64,000 bases of DNA. It comes from Candidatus Falkowbacteria bacterium RIFOXYD12_FULL_34_57. GTDB taxonomy: Bacteria > Patescibacteriota > Patescibacteriia > Patescibacteriales > UBA12075. The stretch is taken from assembly GCA_001780285.1 (NCBI GenBank), contig MFGN01000005.1:10200-74199 (forward strand). Reading direction: 5' to 3'. Both the position numbers and the translations under genes were made by a program. Positions 48,016 to 58,631 of this stretch are shown piece after piece. Below the pieces are notes generated by a model, which made no database searches, was not told the origin of the DNA, and worked only from the letters and a program-made list of their open reading frames with translations. Positions within the stretch are counted from its first letter, which is position 1. Every line of letters begins with the position of its first letter.

Positions 48016-49098
48016 ATGTTTAAAAAGTTTATATCATTTTTAAAGTATAACAACCTGACGGTTTTCATTGTTTTGGTTGTTTTTTTGCTTACTTCAGGAG
48101 TTTTTGCGCAGACTGAAGCTGGACAGGAGTTTATCGGCGCAAAAGAAATACGTACCGAAGGGGTAGATAATACTCTTCTCTTGGAAGCTGATTTGGAAAA
48201 AATGGATATGGATTATAAAATAGAAAAAATTGAAAGCGATGATAAATATTATTATGTTACCTACACTTATTTGGATTTAATCAAGAAAGATAATGCTTGG
48301 CAATACGGAATTCAGGAAAATGTGCGCAAGGTATCTCAAAAGGCAAAAGTTGATTTGGGAAAATATTTGGCTCAGGAATTGCGCGAAGAATACGAAAGAC
48401 GCCTTTCTGATTTAAAGAAAGAACAGGAAAAAGAGCGTGCCGGCGGAGAAAGTATTAGAACAGAGGTGGAGGAATATACGGGAGTAATCGGACAGGCTCT
48501 GGATGTGGTCGGACGGGTATTTACCGGGTATAAAGCGGTAAAGGTAAGAAAAGTGCCCGCGCCCAACGTACCGCCGACGATATTGGCGCAGAGAGAAGTG
48601 AAAAACGGAGCAGAAGATATAGGCAGCGCGGATAATTTGACTGATGTATATGAAGATTATATTGCCAGCAAAGACCCTGATCATGATGATGTTTTCGGAA
48701 TAATAGATAACTGCCCCAATGATTATAACCCGGCGCAGCTTGATGGTGACGATGACGGAATTGGGGATGTTTGTGATCACGAGCCTGAAAGTCAAAAGTC
48801 GAATGTCGAGAGTGAAGAAGGAACAGGTACCTCTACCTTAGATTTCCTTGAGGGGAGTACTCCGGAGGTAAATGATGAAGATCCAGATCAAACGTTAAAT
48901 AGCAATGATGACGGTAACACCCCCCCCGCTAACGCGGACCCCTCTCAAGAGGGGAATGTAGAAGGGGGTGACGCGGATACTTCTCAAGTGGGGAGTGTAG
49001 ATGATGGAACAAGTTCCGAAGATAGTGGTTTTGGCGCTGAAGAGACTGTAATAACAGAAGAACCGGATGTGGTAATCTTTGAGATAGAAAATCAATAA
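48016..49098 (+). CDS. Secreted protein with thrombospondin-type-3-like calcium-binding repeats
   Basis: Signal peptide. DPDHDDVFGIIDNCPNDYNPAQLDGDDDGIGDVCD. Contains one in-frame copy of the ~125-nt palindromic element. Confidence 0.65.
   Translation: MFKKFISFLKYNNLTVFIVLVVFLLTSGVFAQTEAGQEFIGAKEIRTEGVDNTLLLEADLEKMDMDYKIEKIESDDKYYYVTYTYLDLIKKDNAWQYGIQENVRKVSQKAKVDLGKYLAQELREEYERRLSDLKKEQEKERAGGESIRTEVEEYTGVIGQALDVVGRVFTGYKAVKVRKVPAPNVPPTILAQREVKNGAEDIGSADNLTDVYEDYIASKDPDHDDVFGIIDNCPNDYNPAQLDGDDDGIGDVCDHEPESQKSNVESEEGTGTSTLDFLEGSTPEVNDEDPDQTLNSNDDGNTPPANADPSQEGNVEGGDADTSQVGSVDDGTSSEDSGFGAEETVITEEPDVVIFEIENQ
48844..48954. repeat. ~125-nt palindromic element, copy E1 (in frame in a CDS)
   Basis: ttccttgaggggagtac...acaccccccc...cccctctcaagagggg, translated FLEGSTPEVNDEDPDQTLNSNDDGNTPPANADPSQEG. 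Confidence 0.85.
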
Positions 49099-49114
49099 TT
49101 ATATTTTATAAAAT

Positions 49115-49243
49115 CTCCCCTTGAGAGGAGTACCGCGGAGCGGGGAGGTGTGTAAGACGGTAGATGTCTAGATTAAGCGTTGAGTATCTTAGATCACGGT
49201 CGCACACCCCGTCTGCTTCGCAGACACCCCTCTCAAGAGGGGG
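49115..49243. repeat. ~125-nt palindromic element, copy E2 (intergenic, contains stops)
   Basis: ctccccttgagaggagtaccgcggagcggggaggtgtg...cgcacaccccgtctgcttcgcagacacccctctcaagaggggg. Confidence 0.85.
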
Positions 49244-49271
49244 TTTTAAAAAGATAATTGATTATTAAAAT

Positions 49272-49991
49272 ATGTTTAAACAAACCGTCAATTTAAAAGA
49301 TAAAATGAACAGAGCGTCAAATAGTGATGCTCGTTTTCAACGCGCGGCAGAAGCGCCAAAAACTATTTTCAAAAAGAAAAAGCTTGCGCGTAAAGTTTTG
49401 CAAACTCCGGAGCTTGCGCGGAACAGGCCGCCCGCCGCCAAGGTTATGGAAGGCAAGCATGATATTGACGAACTTTTTGATGCTGATAGGGAAGAAAAAA
49501 ATTCCAGCTTTGCCAATGCAAATATAAAAAGAGATCTGCATAAAATTGATCGTCCGGTTTTGCGGGAACAACAAGAAGGTGATAATATTTATAAAAAAAT
49601 TTCACTTATTTTGTTTATTCTGCTTATCGGTCTTTTTGCTTATTTTTTATTTTTGACGGATAAAAATAAAAGGAATACAGCAGAAGAAATAATTGTCCCA
49701 GCTTGGTACGCGGTAAAGCTTGTTACCGGGGAGATTTATTACGGCGAGATCGGGGATACAGGCGCTGATCCGGTGGTGGTAGAGAAGGTTTATTATGATT
49801 ATGACCAGTTAAACGGCAAGGATGTGTCGGGAGGAGAGGGAGAGACGGGTAATTTGCGCCTGGTAAAGCGCGGCAAAGAGACTCATGGTCCGGAAGGAAC
49901 CATGAATATCGTCCGGTCGCAAGTTCTTTTTATGGAGCCGCTGAAGGAGGAGTCCAAGGTGCTGAAGGCGATTCTAAATTATGAAAAGTAA
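49272..49991 (+). CDS. Hypothetical single-pass membrane protein
   Basis: Long ORF with a central TM helix (ISLILFILLIGLFAYFLFL). No family recognised. Confidence 0.55.
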   Translation: MFKQTVNLKDKMNRASNSDARFQRAAEAPKTIFKKKKLARKVLQTPELARNRPPAAKVMEGKHDIDELFDADREEKNSSFANANIKRDLHKIDRPVLREQQEGDNIYKKISLILFILLIGLFAYFLFLTDKNKRNTAEEIIVPAWYAVKLVTGEIYYGEIGDTGADPVVVEKVYYDYDQLNGKDVSGGEGETGNLRLVKRGKETHGPEGTMNIVRSQVLFMEPLKEESKVLKAILNYEK

Positions 49992-50047
49992 ATTGAAAAT
50001 TGATCATTGATCATTTTAAATTTTTTAAAAAAAGAAAAAATAAATTT

Positions 50048-51418
50048 ATGTATAAAGTGAATAAATTAAGTAATGGAATAAATCTGATTACAGTTCCCAT
50101 GCAAGGCACCAGCACCGCTACTGTTTTGGTGATGGTGGGTACCGGATCTAAATATGAAAATAAAGATAATAACGGCATATCTCATTTTTTGGAGCATATG
50201 TTCTTTAAAGGCACTAAAAAAAGGCCGGATACCATGGCGATATCCGGAGAACTGGACGGGATGGGAGTGGATTTCAATGCTTTTACCGGTAAAGAATATA
50301 CCGGCTATTGGATTAAATCCAGCCGGGAAAAGTTATCAAAATCATTGGATATTTTGAGCGATATGCTTTGCAACTCCAAAATGTCCGCCGCGGAAATCAA
50401 TAGGGAGAAAGGAGTGATCATTGAAGAGCTTAATATGTATCTGGATAATCCGATGATTTTTGTCGATGAGATATTCGAGCAGTGCTTATACGGCGATACT
50501 CCGGCCGGATGGGATACGATCGGCACTAGAAAAAATATTTCAGGATTCAAGCGCAAGGATTTTACGGATTACCTGAACGGCCAGTATGGCGCGAATAATA
50601 TTACAATCGTGGTTGCCGGTGATATTCCTGGCGGGATAAGGATGAAAAAAATTGCCGGTGAATATTTCCAGAATCAGATTTTAAGAAGGCGCGGTAAAAA
50701 TTTCAAGGAAAAAGAAAAGGTCGCAGAGAATCAAAAAAAACCGAGTTTTAAAATAGAATATAAGAAAACCGATCAGGCTCATCTGTCCCTGGGGGTGCGC
50801 ACCATCGGTTATGCCCATCCGGATCGGGTAATACATAAAATCATCGCCTTGATACTGGGCGGATCAATGAGTTCCCGCCTATTTATTAATCTGCGCGAGC
50901 GGCAGGGGCTCGCTTATTATGTGCGTACAGACAGCGAAAATTATACGGACAGCGGATATATGGCAACCAAGGCCGGAGTGCCGGTAAACCAAGCAGAAAA
51001 AGCTATTCAGATAATTTTAAATGAGTATAAAAAGTTAAAGAATATTAAAGTAAGTAATATAGAATTAAAAAGAACTAAGGATATGATCCGCGGGAAGCTG
51101 GCAATACAGCTGGAATCATCAGATGCGCAGGCAGATTGGTATGCGAGGCAGGCGGTGCTCGGCGTTGCGCTTGAAAGAGTAAAAATAAAAGGATACAAGA
51201 GACCCTCTAAATTCAAAATTCCCTCCAATTCGGCGGGCAGGCAAAATTCAAAATTCAGCTTAGTTACCCCAGAGGAGTATTTGGAAAAAATTGATAAAGT
51301 GACAGATGAGGATATTCAAAGAGTGGCGCGGGAGATATTTGTGTCGGAGAGGCTGAATTTGGCAGTGATTGGACCGTTTAGGAATTTTCGATTTCCGATT
51401 TCCGATTTCCGATTTTAA
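50048..51418 (+). CDS. M16-family (pitrilysin/insulinase-like) zinc peptidase
   Basis: HFLEHMFFKGT (HxxEH zinc motif) and a conserved downstream E in VIIEELNMY. ATG 50048 preferred. The C-terminal part carries the 48-nt element (51209-51256) and a heptamer-encoded tail FRNFRFPISDFRF. Confidence 0.8.
   Translation: MYKVNKLSNGINLITVPMQGTSTATVLVMVGTGSKYENKDNNGISHFLEHMFFKGTKKRPDTMAISGELDGMGVDFNAFTGKEYTGYWIKSSREKLSKSLDILSDMLCNSKMSAAEINREKGVIIEELNMYLDNPMIFVDEIFEQCLYGDTPAGWDTIGTRKNISGFKRKDFTDYLNGQYGANNITIVVAGDIPGGIRMKKIAGEYFQNQILRRRGKNFKEKEKVAENQKKPSFKIEYKKTDQAHLSLGVRTIGYAHPDRVIHKIIALILGGSMSSRLFINLRERQGLAYYVRTDSENYTDSGYMATKAGVPVNQAEKAIQIILNEYKKLKNIKVSNIELKRTKDMIRGKLAIQLESSDAQADWYARQAVLGVALERVKIKGYKRPSKFKIPSNSAGRQNSKFSLVTPEEYLEKIDKVTDEDIQRVAREIFVSERLNLAVIGPFRNFRFPISDFRF
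51209..51256 (+). repeat. 48-nt element, copy 2, inside the M16 peptidase CDS
   Basis: Identical to 4117-4164 but translated in a different frame (KFKIPSNSAGRQNSKF versus KFKIQNSLQFGGQAKFKI). Confidence 0.9.
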
Positions 51419-51434
51419 TAATAATTATAAATTT

Positions 51435-51803
51435 ATGAATAAATTTGATTTATAGGATAGGATTAAAAAGTTTGCTTTATAGAATAATTAAATTAGTTGA
51501 AGCGTTGCCCAACACAATCGCTGGTAGAAATATTGGTAATCAAATATTTCGTTCAGGAACATCTGTAGCATCAAATTATAGAGCTAGTTGTAGGGCTAGA
51601 AGTAAAGTAGAATTTATAGCTAAGTTAGGGATTGTAGAAGAAGAAGCTGATGAAACAGTATTTTGGTTAGAAATAATTATTGAAAGTAAATTAATAAATA
51701 TTAAATTATTAAATTATTAAAACCATTATTAAAAGAAGCTAATGAAATAACAGCAATTATAGTAAGTTCAAAAAAATCAGCAAAGAGAAATAAAACAAAA
51801 TAA
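51435..51803 (+). pseudogene. Decayed four-helix-bundle (23S rRNA IVS-type) protein gene
   Basis: Family-like segments occupy three frames: MNKFDL-TAG-DRIKKFAL (frame of 51435); YRIIKLVEALPNTIAGRNIGNQIFRSGTSVASNYRASCRARSKVEFIAKLGIVEEEADETVFWLEII (51445-51720 ORF); KPLLKEANEITAIIVSSKKSAKRNKTK (from 51720). Confidence 0.6.
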
Positions 51804-51838
51804 TTCGACATTCGGAAATCGAAAATTTACATGTCCCC

Positions 51839-54800
51839 ATGCTAAATAGAAAATTTTATAAAATTTTGATCATTTTTTGTCTGGTCTTCATGATCGGTCT
51901 TTTGGCGTATATTTATTTTTTTGATAATTCCATCCCCACTATTGCCGAGGAGCTGGATACCGGAGAAATTTCCAAGAGAAAGGCATTGGAGGATTTGACA
52001 TCTATACCGGTGAGGGATTTGGTGGAGGAAGAAGATAGTTTTCGGGTTGTTGATGAAAAGGATAATATTGGAGTTGAAATAATATATAATTCTCACTCTT
52101 CAAATCTCTCCTATCAAGGGGAGTACCCCGAAGGGGGGAGGGGTGTAAACGGTGAAGGTCAGAATGAAACATTAAATAGCGCTGATGACGGTCACACACC
52201 CCGCCCTAACGGGCACCCCTCTCAAGAGGGGATTTCAGATGATGGTGATGTTTTTCAAATAGATTTTTATAAGGATTATTCAAAGGGAATTGAGGTGGAT
52301 CTTGGAGAGGGTAGATCGTTTTTGATGAAGGATGTTAGTAGTGGTGACTTTAAAGTATCATCTTTGTCATCCGCCCCATTAAATTCTCCTCTTGAGAGGA
52401 GTACTGCGGAGCAGGGAGGTGTGTTAAACCGTGAAGATTCAAGTGATAAGTTAAATAGCAACGGTGACGGCAACACACCCCACCCTTCGGGCACCCCTCT
52501 CGAAAGGGGATTTGTGAAGTACGAGAGCAAGGATGAGCGGAAGAAGATTTATTATGGGTATCAGAAGGATAGCGCTACCGGAGAACGTAAGCTTAAGAAA
52601 TGGATAATATATGAAGAACCTGAAGTTTCTTCTAGTCAAAAGTCAAAAGTTCATAAAGTCGAAAGTGTGGGATACGAATATGAAGAGTATGTTTTTGAAA
52701 ACGCCAAACTTCATAAAAATGAAGATGGCGATGTGGAGGTCTTTTATTGGGGCGACAAAGAAAAGCAGAACGAGTTAACTATGGCGGAAGTGGACCAGAG
52801 CCTGTTGGCGAGAGCACAAAGAGTGCTTGCCCGCGATATGGGCGAAGACTTCATGAAAAACGGAGAGCCGGACTTAATCATCCCGAAACCATTTTACTAT
52901 GACAAAGACAATAATCTTACATATTTAGATTGGCAAATATCCGAAGATGGGCATACTTTGATTTTGGAATTCAGAGTAGAGGAAAATAAATACCCGATAG
53001 CTCTTGATCCGACTCTGGAATTTACTGCGCCGGGTATTCCGGAGGCATCTGATGTTATAACTGGAGAGAAGACAAGCAATGCTTTTGGATCATCCTTGTC
53101 TGTTGGCGATTTAAATAATGACGGCAAGAATGATTTGGTTGTTGGTGCTGGGAGCCATAATTCTTATCGAGGCCGTGTTTATATTTTTTATCAAGACGGA
53201 GGATTGGGAGATAAAGCTAATATGGCAGATGTAATAATAGATGGGGAAAATTCAAGTGATAGGTTTGGGTCTCATTTGGCGATAGGAGATTTGAATGCGA
53301 ATGGGAAAAACGATCTGATTGTTGACGCATATTATTATAATTCTAGTCAAGGCAGAGTTTATATATTTTATAACGATGGTGCATATCCTAATACGGCCGG
53401 GTTAGCGGATGAAATAATAACCGGAGAAGCTGGTATTGGTTATTTTGGAAACTCTCTTGTGATTGGTGATTTCAATTCAAATGGTAAAATAGACCTAGTA
53501 ATTGGTGCTTATGGTTATAACTCTAGCCAAGGCAGAGCTTACATATTTTATAATGATGGTATATATACAAATTTAGCTGCTTCAGCTGATGAAATCATAA
53601 CAGGGGAAGCTTCAAGTAATTTTGGAATAGAATTTACAGTAGGAGATTTAAATGTTGACGGAAAGGATGATTTGGTGATTGGAGCTTATGGATATGATGC
53701 TTCAGATGATGAAGGAAGAGTATACATATTTTATAATGATGGGACAGGGGTATACGTTGATACAGCTGCGACGGCAGATGAAATAATAACCGGAGAAAAT
53801 TTAAGTTTTTTTGGCTATTCTTTAGCTACAGGTGATTTGGATGCAGATGGGGATACAGATTTAGTGGTTGGTGGTTACAAATATGGTATTTTTGATGGTC
53901 GAGTATATATATTTTATAATAATGGGACAGGAGTATACGTTGATACAGCTGCAACCGCTGATGAAATAATTACAGGAGAAGATTCTGCAGATCGTTTTGG
54001 ATTTTTTTTAACCGTAGATGACCTTAATATGGACGGAAAAGATGACTTAATTGCCGGTGCTTATTTATATGACATTACAAGTAATGAGGGTCGAGTTTAT
54101 GTTTATTATAATGATGGGTATTATACCGCCACTTCAACACTTGCTGATGTAATTATTACGGGTGAAGGAACAGATAGTTCTTTTGGTTTTTCTTTTTCTA
54201 CCGGCGACTTAAACTCCGACGGTAAAACAGATTTAGTGGTCGGGGCTCAAGGCTACAACTCTAGTCAGGGCCGCGTCTATATTTTTTATTCCCAAAACGG
54301 GCAGGTTAATTTGAATAAGTCGATTGTGGGAGAGAGCACGAGTGATTATTTCGGCAATGCTATGACTAGCGGAGATTTTGATGCGGACGGGGATATTGAT
54401 TTGGCAGTGGGTGCTTATGAATATAACACTGGTCAGGGTCGGGTTTATATTTTCTATAATGATTATGATTATGGCGATCATGCCTCCACAGCTGATGAAA
54501 TAATTACAGGAGAAACATCAAATTCTTTTGGAAATTCTTTGGTAGCTGGAGATTTGAACGCAGATGGAAAAACAGATTTGGCTGTAGGTGCAAATTGGTC
54601 AACTCAGTGTAGTGTTTATATTTTTTATAACGACGGTAATTATACAAGCTTAGCGAGTACGGCAGATGAAATCATAACAGGAGAAGCTTCAAGTCAATTT
54701 GGTACATCAATGAGTGTGGGTGATTTGAATTCAGATGGAAAAGAAGATTTGGTAGTTGGAGCTGTTAATTACAGTTCATATAGAGGTAGGTCTTATATTT

Positions 54801-57800
54801 TTTATAATGACGGTTCATATGCTGCTTCTGCTGCTTCTGCCGATGAAATCATAACAGGCGAAGCTTCCAGTCAATTTGGTAATTCTCTAGATGTTGGTGA
54901 TTTGAATTCAGATGGAAAAGAAGATTTGGTTGTTGGGGCTTTTATGTATAACAGTTTTCAGGGTCGAATCTATATTTTTTATAATGATGGTACGGGTATA
55001 TATACATATGGTGCAACTACATCAAATGTAACTATCACAGGTTCTGGTGCAAATTTTGGAGAATCTTTGGTTATCGGAGATATGAATTCTGATGATAAAA
55101 CTGATTTGGTCGTTGGAGCCACTTTTTACGGCTCAACAAATGGCCGAGCGTATATTTTTTATAATGACGGTTCATATGCCGCTTCTGCCGCTTCTGCCGA
55201 TGAAATCATAACAGGCGAAGCTTCAAGCCAATTTGGTACATCAATGAGTGTGGGTGATTTAAATTCAGATGGTAAGACAGATTTGATTGTTGGCGCTAAA
55301 TCGTTTAGTTCGTTTACAGGTAGAACTTATATTTTTTACAACGACGGCCAATATCCATTAAACGCCACATCGGCCGACATTATGATAACTGGAGAAAATA
55401 ATGGTGATTATTTTGGCATTGCCATGATTGTTGACGATTTTACAAGTGATGGGAAGGATGATTTATTGGTGGGAGCGTATCAATATAATAATGATACCGG
55501 CAAGATATATTTCTACGAAACCCGTGATAATTATTCATGGGAACTGCAGCCTCAACTCACAAACGACTTCCGCATCTTAAACCACGGCGGTGCAGAGTTG
55601 AAGATTACGGGGGAGGGTGGTGGTGCTCATTTTGGATATGCTTCTGCTATTGGAGATCTAAATGCAGATGGCAAGAATGATTTAGTTATATCAGCTTATT
55701 CACTTTCTAAAGTATATATTTTTTATAATGATGGTTCTTATGCTAATGATGCTGCTTCTGCTGATAAAATAATTATAGGAGATGGCGATAATTTTGGGTA
55801 TCATTTAGCAATAGGTGATTTAAACTCTGATGGTAATGATGATTTGGTGGTGGGAGATTATTATTATGATATGTCCGGTCAATGTAAAGTATATATATTT
55901 TATAATGATGGTGCTTATGTTAACGATGCTGCTTCTGCAGATAAAATAATAACCGGTGATTCTTGGAGTTTTTTTGGTTCATATATATTAATTAGTGATT
56001 TGGATGCAGATGGTGATAATGATTTGGCTGTAAATGCCTGGGGATATAGTTCAAGTCGGGGTAGAGTTTATATATTTTATAATGATGGATCATATCCAGC
56101 AACTGCTAATTCTGCTGATGAAATTATAACGGGTGAAAACGTGGGAAATAAATTTGGAAGAATCTTGGTAAGCGGAGATTTGGATGCTGATGGTGATGAT
56201 GACTTAATAGCGGGAGCTTATGAATATGATCTTGGAGCAAGCACTAATGAAGGAAGAGTTTATATATTTTATAATGACGGGTCATACCCGACTGTTGCTA
56301 CAGGCGCAGATGAAATTATTACCGGTGTAGCGGGGAGTGGTTTTGGCTATTCTTTATCTGTTGGAAATTATAACTTAACAGGAACTAGTACAGAAGATTT
56401 AGTGGTTGGTGCTCCAAGTTATGATTTGGATTTAGGAACTAATACCAACGAAGGAAGGATATATATTTTTTATAATGACGAAACAGGAGTTTATCCTTAT
56501 GGAGCGACTTCTTCCGATATTACTATTACCGGAGAACAAGGCGGATTCTTTGGGGGTACCAGTTTTGTGAATGGTATAGTGAGTGGGGATATAAATAATG
56601 ATAGTCGAACAGATATAATAATAAGTAGTATTGGTTATAACTCTAGTCAGGGTTGCGTATATATATTTTATAATGATAGTGTCTATCCTTGGGGAGCTAC
56701 TAGCGCAGATATTATTTTGACAGGTGAAACAATCGGTTCATATTATGGCTCATCGCTTACTACTGGCGACTTTAACAACGACGGTAAAGACGATCTGGCG
56801 GTGGGTGCTTATGGTTATAATTCGAATCAAGGGCGGGTTTATTTGTATACTTTTAATGATACTGTGATCAGCGGGGAGGGTGCGAATAATAGTTTCGGGA
56901 ATTCTTTAGCTAGCGGAGATTTTAATGGGGATGGGAAGGGGGATTTGGTTGTTGGGGCTTCTGGGTATAACTCTAGTCAAGGCAGAATTTATATTTTTTA
57001 TAATGATAGTGTGATGACGAATTCGGCGGGGGCCGCTGATGTGGTTATTTCAGGAGAAGCCTCTAGTTTATTTGGACACTTATTGGAAACAGGTGATTTG
57101 AATGCAGATGGTAAAACGGATTTGGTTGTTGGGGCTTGGTTGTATAACTCAATTCAAGGCAGAGTTTATGTTTTTTATGGCGGTGAATCATATCCATCAT
57201 CCGCTGCTTCTGCAGATGAGATAATTACGGGTGAATCTGCTTCCGAGCAGTTTGGGTATTCTATTGCCGTTGATGATTTAAATTCTGATGGTAAGGATGA
57301 TTTAATAGTTGGCGCTTGGCAATATGGCGCGCTTGATAATGGTCGGGTTTATATTTTTTACAATGATGGATTATACCCTACTTCTGCCGCTTCTGCCGAT
57401 GTAAAAATCACCGGAACAAGCTTCTTTGATTATTTTGGATTATTGTTGAAGACAGGAGACCTGAACGCAGATGGGAAAATAGATTTGCTTGTCGCTCGAA
57501 CGGATTCAGCAAATATAATATATATATTCTACAACGATGGAACATACCCAGCCTCTTCTGCTTCTGCAGATCAAATAGTACTGGGGGAGCCCTCCGGAAG
57601 ATTTGGCTCATCTGTAGTTATCGGAGATATTAATGCAAACGGAAAAGAAGATTTAGTTATTAGTAATAGTTATTATAATTCTAACTTAGGTAGAATATAT
57701 ATTTTTTATAACGATGGCACAGGAGAATATCCTTATGGCGCTACAAGCTCTGATGTTACTATAACAGGGTCATTTTTGAGCGAGCAGTTTGGTATTTCAT

Positions 57801-58159
57801 TGCAAAAAGGTGATTTAAATTCAGACGGTAAAACAGATTTGATTGTTGGCGCCAGAGCTTATAATTCCAACCAAGGTCGAACATACGTTTTTTATAATGA
57901 CGGTTCATATCCAGATTTATCAAGTGGAGCCGATATAAAATTAACCGGAGAAAATACCGGAGATTATTTTGGAGCTTCAATTTTAACTGAAGATATGAAT
58001 TTAGATGGTATAAATGATTTGATCGTTGGCGCGTATGGGTATAATTCTAGTCAAGGGCGAGTTTATATTTATACGAATGAGACGAGGGCGGTGGATGGGT
58101 TTAAGAAGGGGGAGATAAGGGGGAATGCTAGTTTTAAGGGAGACGTAATTATACGGTAA
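51839..58159 (+). CDS. Giant FG-GAP (integrin-alpha-like) repeat surface protein (2106 aa)
   Basis: N-terminal TM. About 30 repeats of FG-x-S-[LM]-x-x-GD[LF]N-x-DG-x-x-DL[VI]VGA ... GR[VA]YIFYND. The N-terminal region carries two in-frame copies of the ~125-nt element. Confidence 0.85.
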   Translation: MLNRKFYKILIIFCLVFMIGLLAYIYFFDNSIPTIAEELDTGEISKRKALEDLTSIPVRDLVEEEDSFRVVDEKDNIGVEIIYNSHSSNLSYQGEYPEGGRGVNGEGQNETLNSADDGHTPRPNGHPSQEGISDDGDVFQIDFYKDYSKGIEVDLGEGRSFLMKDVSSGDFKVSSLSSAPLNSPLERSTAEQGGVLNREDSSDKLNSNGDGNTPHPSGTPLERGFVKYESKDERKKIYYGYQKDSATGERKLKKWIIYEEPEVSSSQKSKVHKVESVGYEYEEYVFENAKLHKNEDGDVEVFYWGDKEKQNELTMAEVDQSLLARAQRVLARDMGEDFMKNGEPDLIIPKPFYYDKDNNLTYLDWQISEDGHTLILEFRVEENKYPIALDPTLEFTAPGIPEASDVITGEKTSNAFGSSLSVGDLNNDGKNDLVVGAGSHNSYRGRVYIFYQDGGLGDKANMADVIIDGENSSDRFGSHLAIGDLNANGKNDLIVDAYYYNSSQGRVYIFYNDGAYPNTAGLADEIITGEAGIGYFGNSLVIGDFNSNGKIDLVIGAYGYNSSQGRAYIFYNDGIYTNLAASADEIITGEASSNFGIEFTVGDLNVDGKDDLVIGAYGYDASDDEGRVYIFYNDGTGVYVDTAATADEIITGENLSFFGYSLATGDLDADGDTDLVVGGYKYGIFDGRVYIFYNNGTGVYVDTAATADEIITGEDSADRFGFFLTVDDLNMDGKDDLIAGAYLYDITSNEGRVYVYYNDGYYTATSTLADVIITGEGTDSSFGFSFSTGDLNSDGKTDLVVGAQGYNSSQGRVYIFYSQNGQVNLNKSIVGESTSDYFGNAMTSGDFDADGDIDLAVGAYEYNTGQGRVYIFYNDYDYGDHASTADEIITGETSNSFGNSLVAGDLNADGKTDLAVGANWSTQCSVYIFYNDGNYTSLASTADEIITGEASSQFGTSMSVGDLNSDGKEDLVVGAVNYSSYRGRSYIFYNDGSYAASAASADEIITGEASSQFGNSLDVGDLNSDGKEDLVVGAFMYNSFQGRIYIFYNDGTGIYTYGATTSNVTITGSGANFGESLVIGDMNSDDKTDLVVGATFYGSTNGRAYIFYNDGSYAASAASADEIITGEASSQFGTSMSVGDLNSDGKTDLIVGAKSFSSFTGRTYIFYNDGQYPLNATSADIMITGENNGDYFGIAMIVDDFTSDGKDDLLVGAYQYNNDTGKIYFYETRDNYSWELQPQLTNDFRILNHGGAELKITGEGGGAHFGYASAIGDLNADGKNDLVISAYSLSKVYIFYNDGSYANDAASADKIIIGDGDNFGYHLAIGDLNSDGNDDLVVGDYYYDMSGQCKVYIFYNDGAYVNDAASADKIITGDSWSFFGSYILISDLDADGDNDLAVNAWGYSSSRGRVYIFYNDGSYPATANSADEIITGENVGNKFGRILVSGDLDADGDDDLIAGAYEYDLGASTNEGRVYIFYNDGSYPTVATGADEIITGVAGSGFGYSLSVGNYNLTGTSTEDLVVGAPSYDLDLGTNTNEGRIYIFYNDETGVYPYGATSSDITITGEQGGFFGGTSFVNGIVSGDINNDSRTDIIISSIGYNSSQGCVYIFYNDSVYPWGATSADIILTGETIGSYYGSSLTTGDFNNDGKDDLAVGAYGYNSNQGRVYLYTFNDTVISGEGANNSFGNSLASGDFNGDGKGDLVVGASGYNSSQGRIYIFYNDSVMTNSAGAADVVISGEASSLFGHLLETGDLNADGKTDLVVGAWLYNSIQGRVYVFYGGESYPSSAASADEIITGESASEQFGYSIAVDDLNSDGKDDLIVGAWQYGALDNGRVYIFYNDGLYPTSAASADVKITGTSFFDYFGLLLKTGDLNADGKIDLLVARTDSANIIYIFYNDGTYPASSASADQIVLGEPSGRFGSSVVIGDINANGKEDLVISNSYYNSNLGRIYIFYNDGTGEYPYGATSSDVTITGSFLSEQFGISLQKGDLNSDGKTDLIVGARAYNSNQGRTYVFYNDGSYPDLSSGADIKLTGENTGDYFGASILTEDMNLDGINDLIVGAYGYNSSQGRVYIYTNETRAVDGFKKGEIRGNASFKGDVIIR
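52108..52231. repeat. ~125-nt palindromic element, copy E3 (in frame in a CDS)
   Basis: ctcctatcaaggggagtaccccgaaggggggaggggtg...cacacaccccgccctaacgggcacccctctcaagagggg. Confidence 0.85.
52386..52509. repeat. ~125-nt palindromic element, copy E4 (in frame in a CDS)
   Basis: ctcctcttgagaggagtactgcggagcagggaggtgtg...caacacaccccacccttcgggcacccctctcgaaagggg. Confidence 0.85.
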
Positions 58160-58273
58160 GGATACAAATTAAAATTGTTTATAATTTATTATTTGAGATT
58201 TTTAGTTTGTTTGTTACTTGTATCTTTATATCTTGTTTCTTAATTGATATATATAAAAAGGAAAAAAATAAAA

Positions 58274-58631
58274 ATGAATAACTATGCGTTTATTGATAGC
58301 CAGAATTTGAATTTGGGTATCCAAAGGATAGGATGGCATTTAGATTATAGAAGATTTAGAGTATATTTAAAATAAAAATACCATGTAAATATGGCATATA
58401 TGTTTATTGGCTATGTTGAGGGAAATTCTAGAATATATCAATCATTACAAGAAGCAGGATTTATTGTGATTTTTATTGTTTAGTAGAACATTTAGTTGGT
58501 AAAAATAAATTATTTTCTTTGTTAGCTCCTGATAGTAAAAGGTTTTCATCGTTATTTAGAAAATTTATGAAGAATATTAGGTTTATGAATAATTTAAAGA
58601 AAAAATTGGAATATAAAAAAAAGAGGCATTA
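58274..58631 (+). pseudogene. NYN-domain (LabA-like) protein gene remnant
   Basis: MNNYAFIDSQNLNLGIQRIGWHLDYRRFRVYLK-TAA(58373-58375)-KYHVNMAYMFIGYVEGNSRIYQSLQEAGFIVIF, then a break. A C-terminal-like piece (LLAPDSKRFSSLFRKFMKNIRFMNNLKKKLEYKKK) follows in another frame. The central part is missing. Confidence 0.5.
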
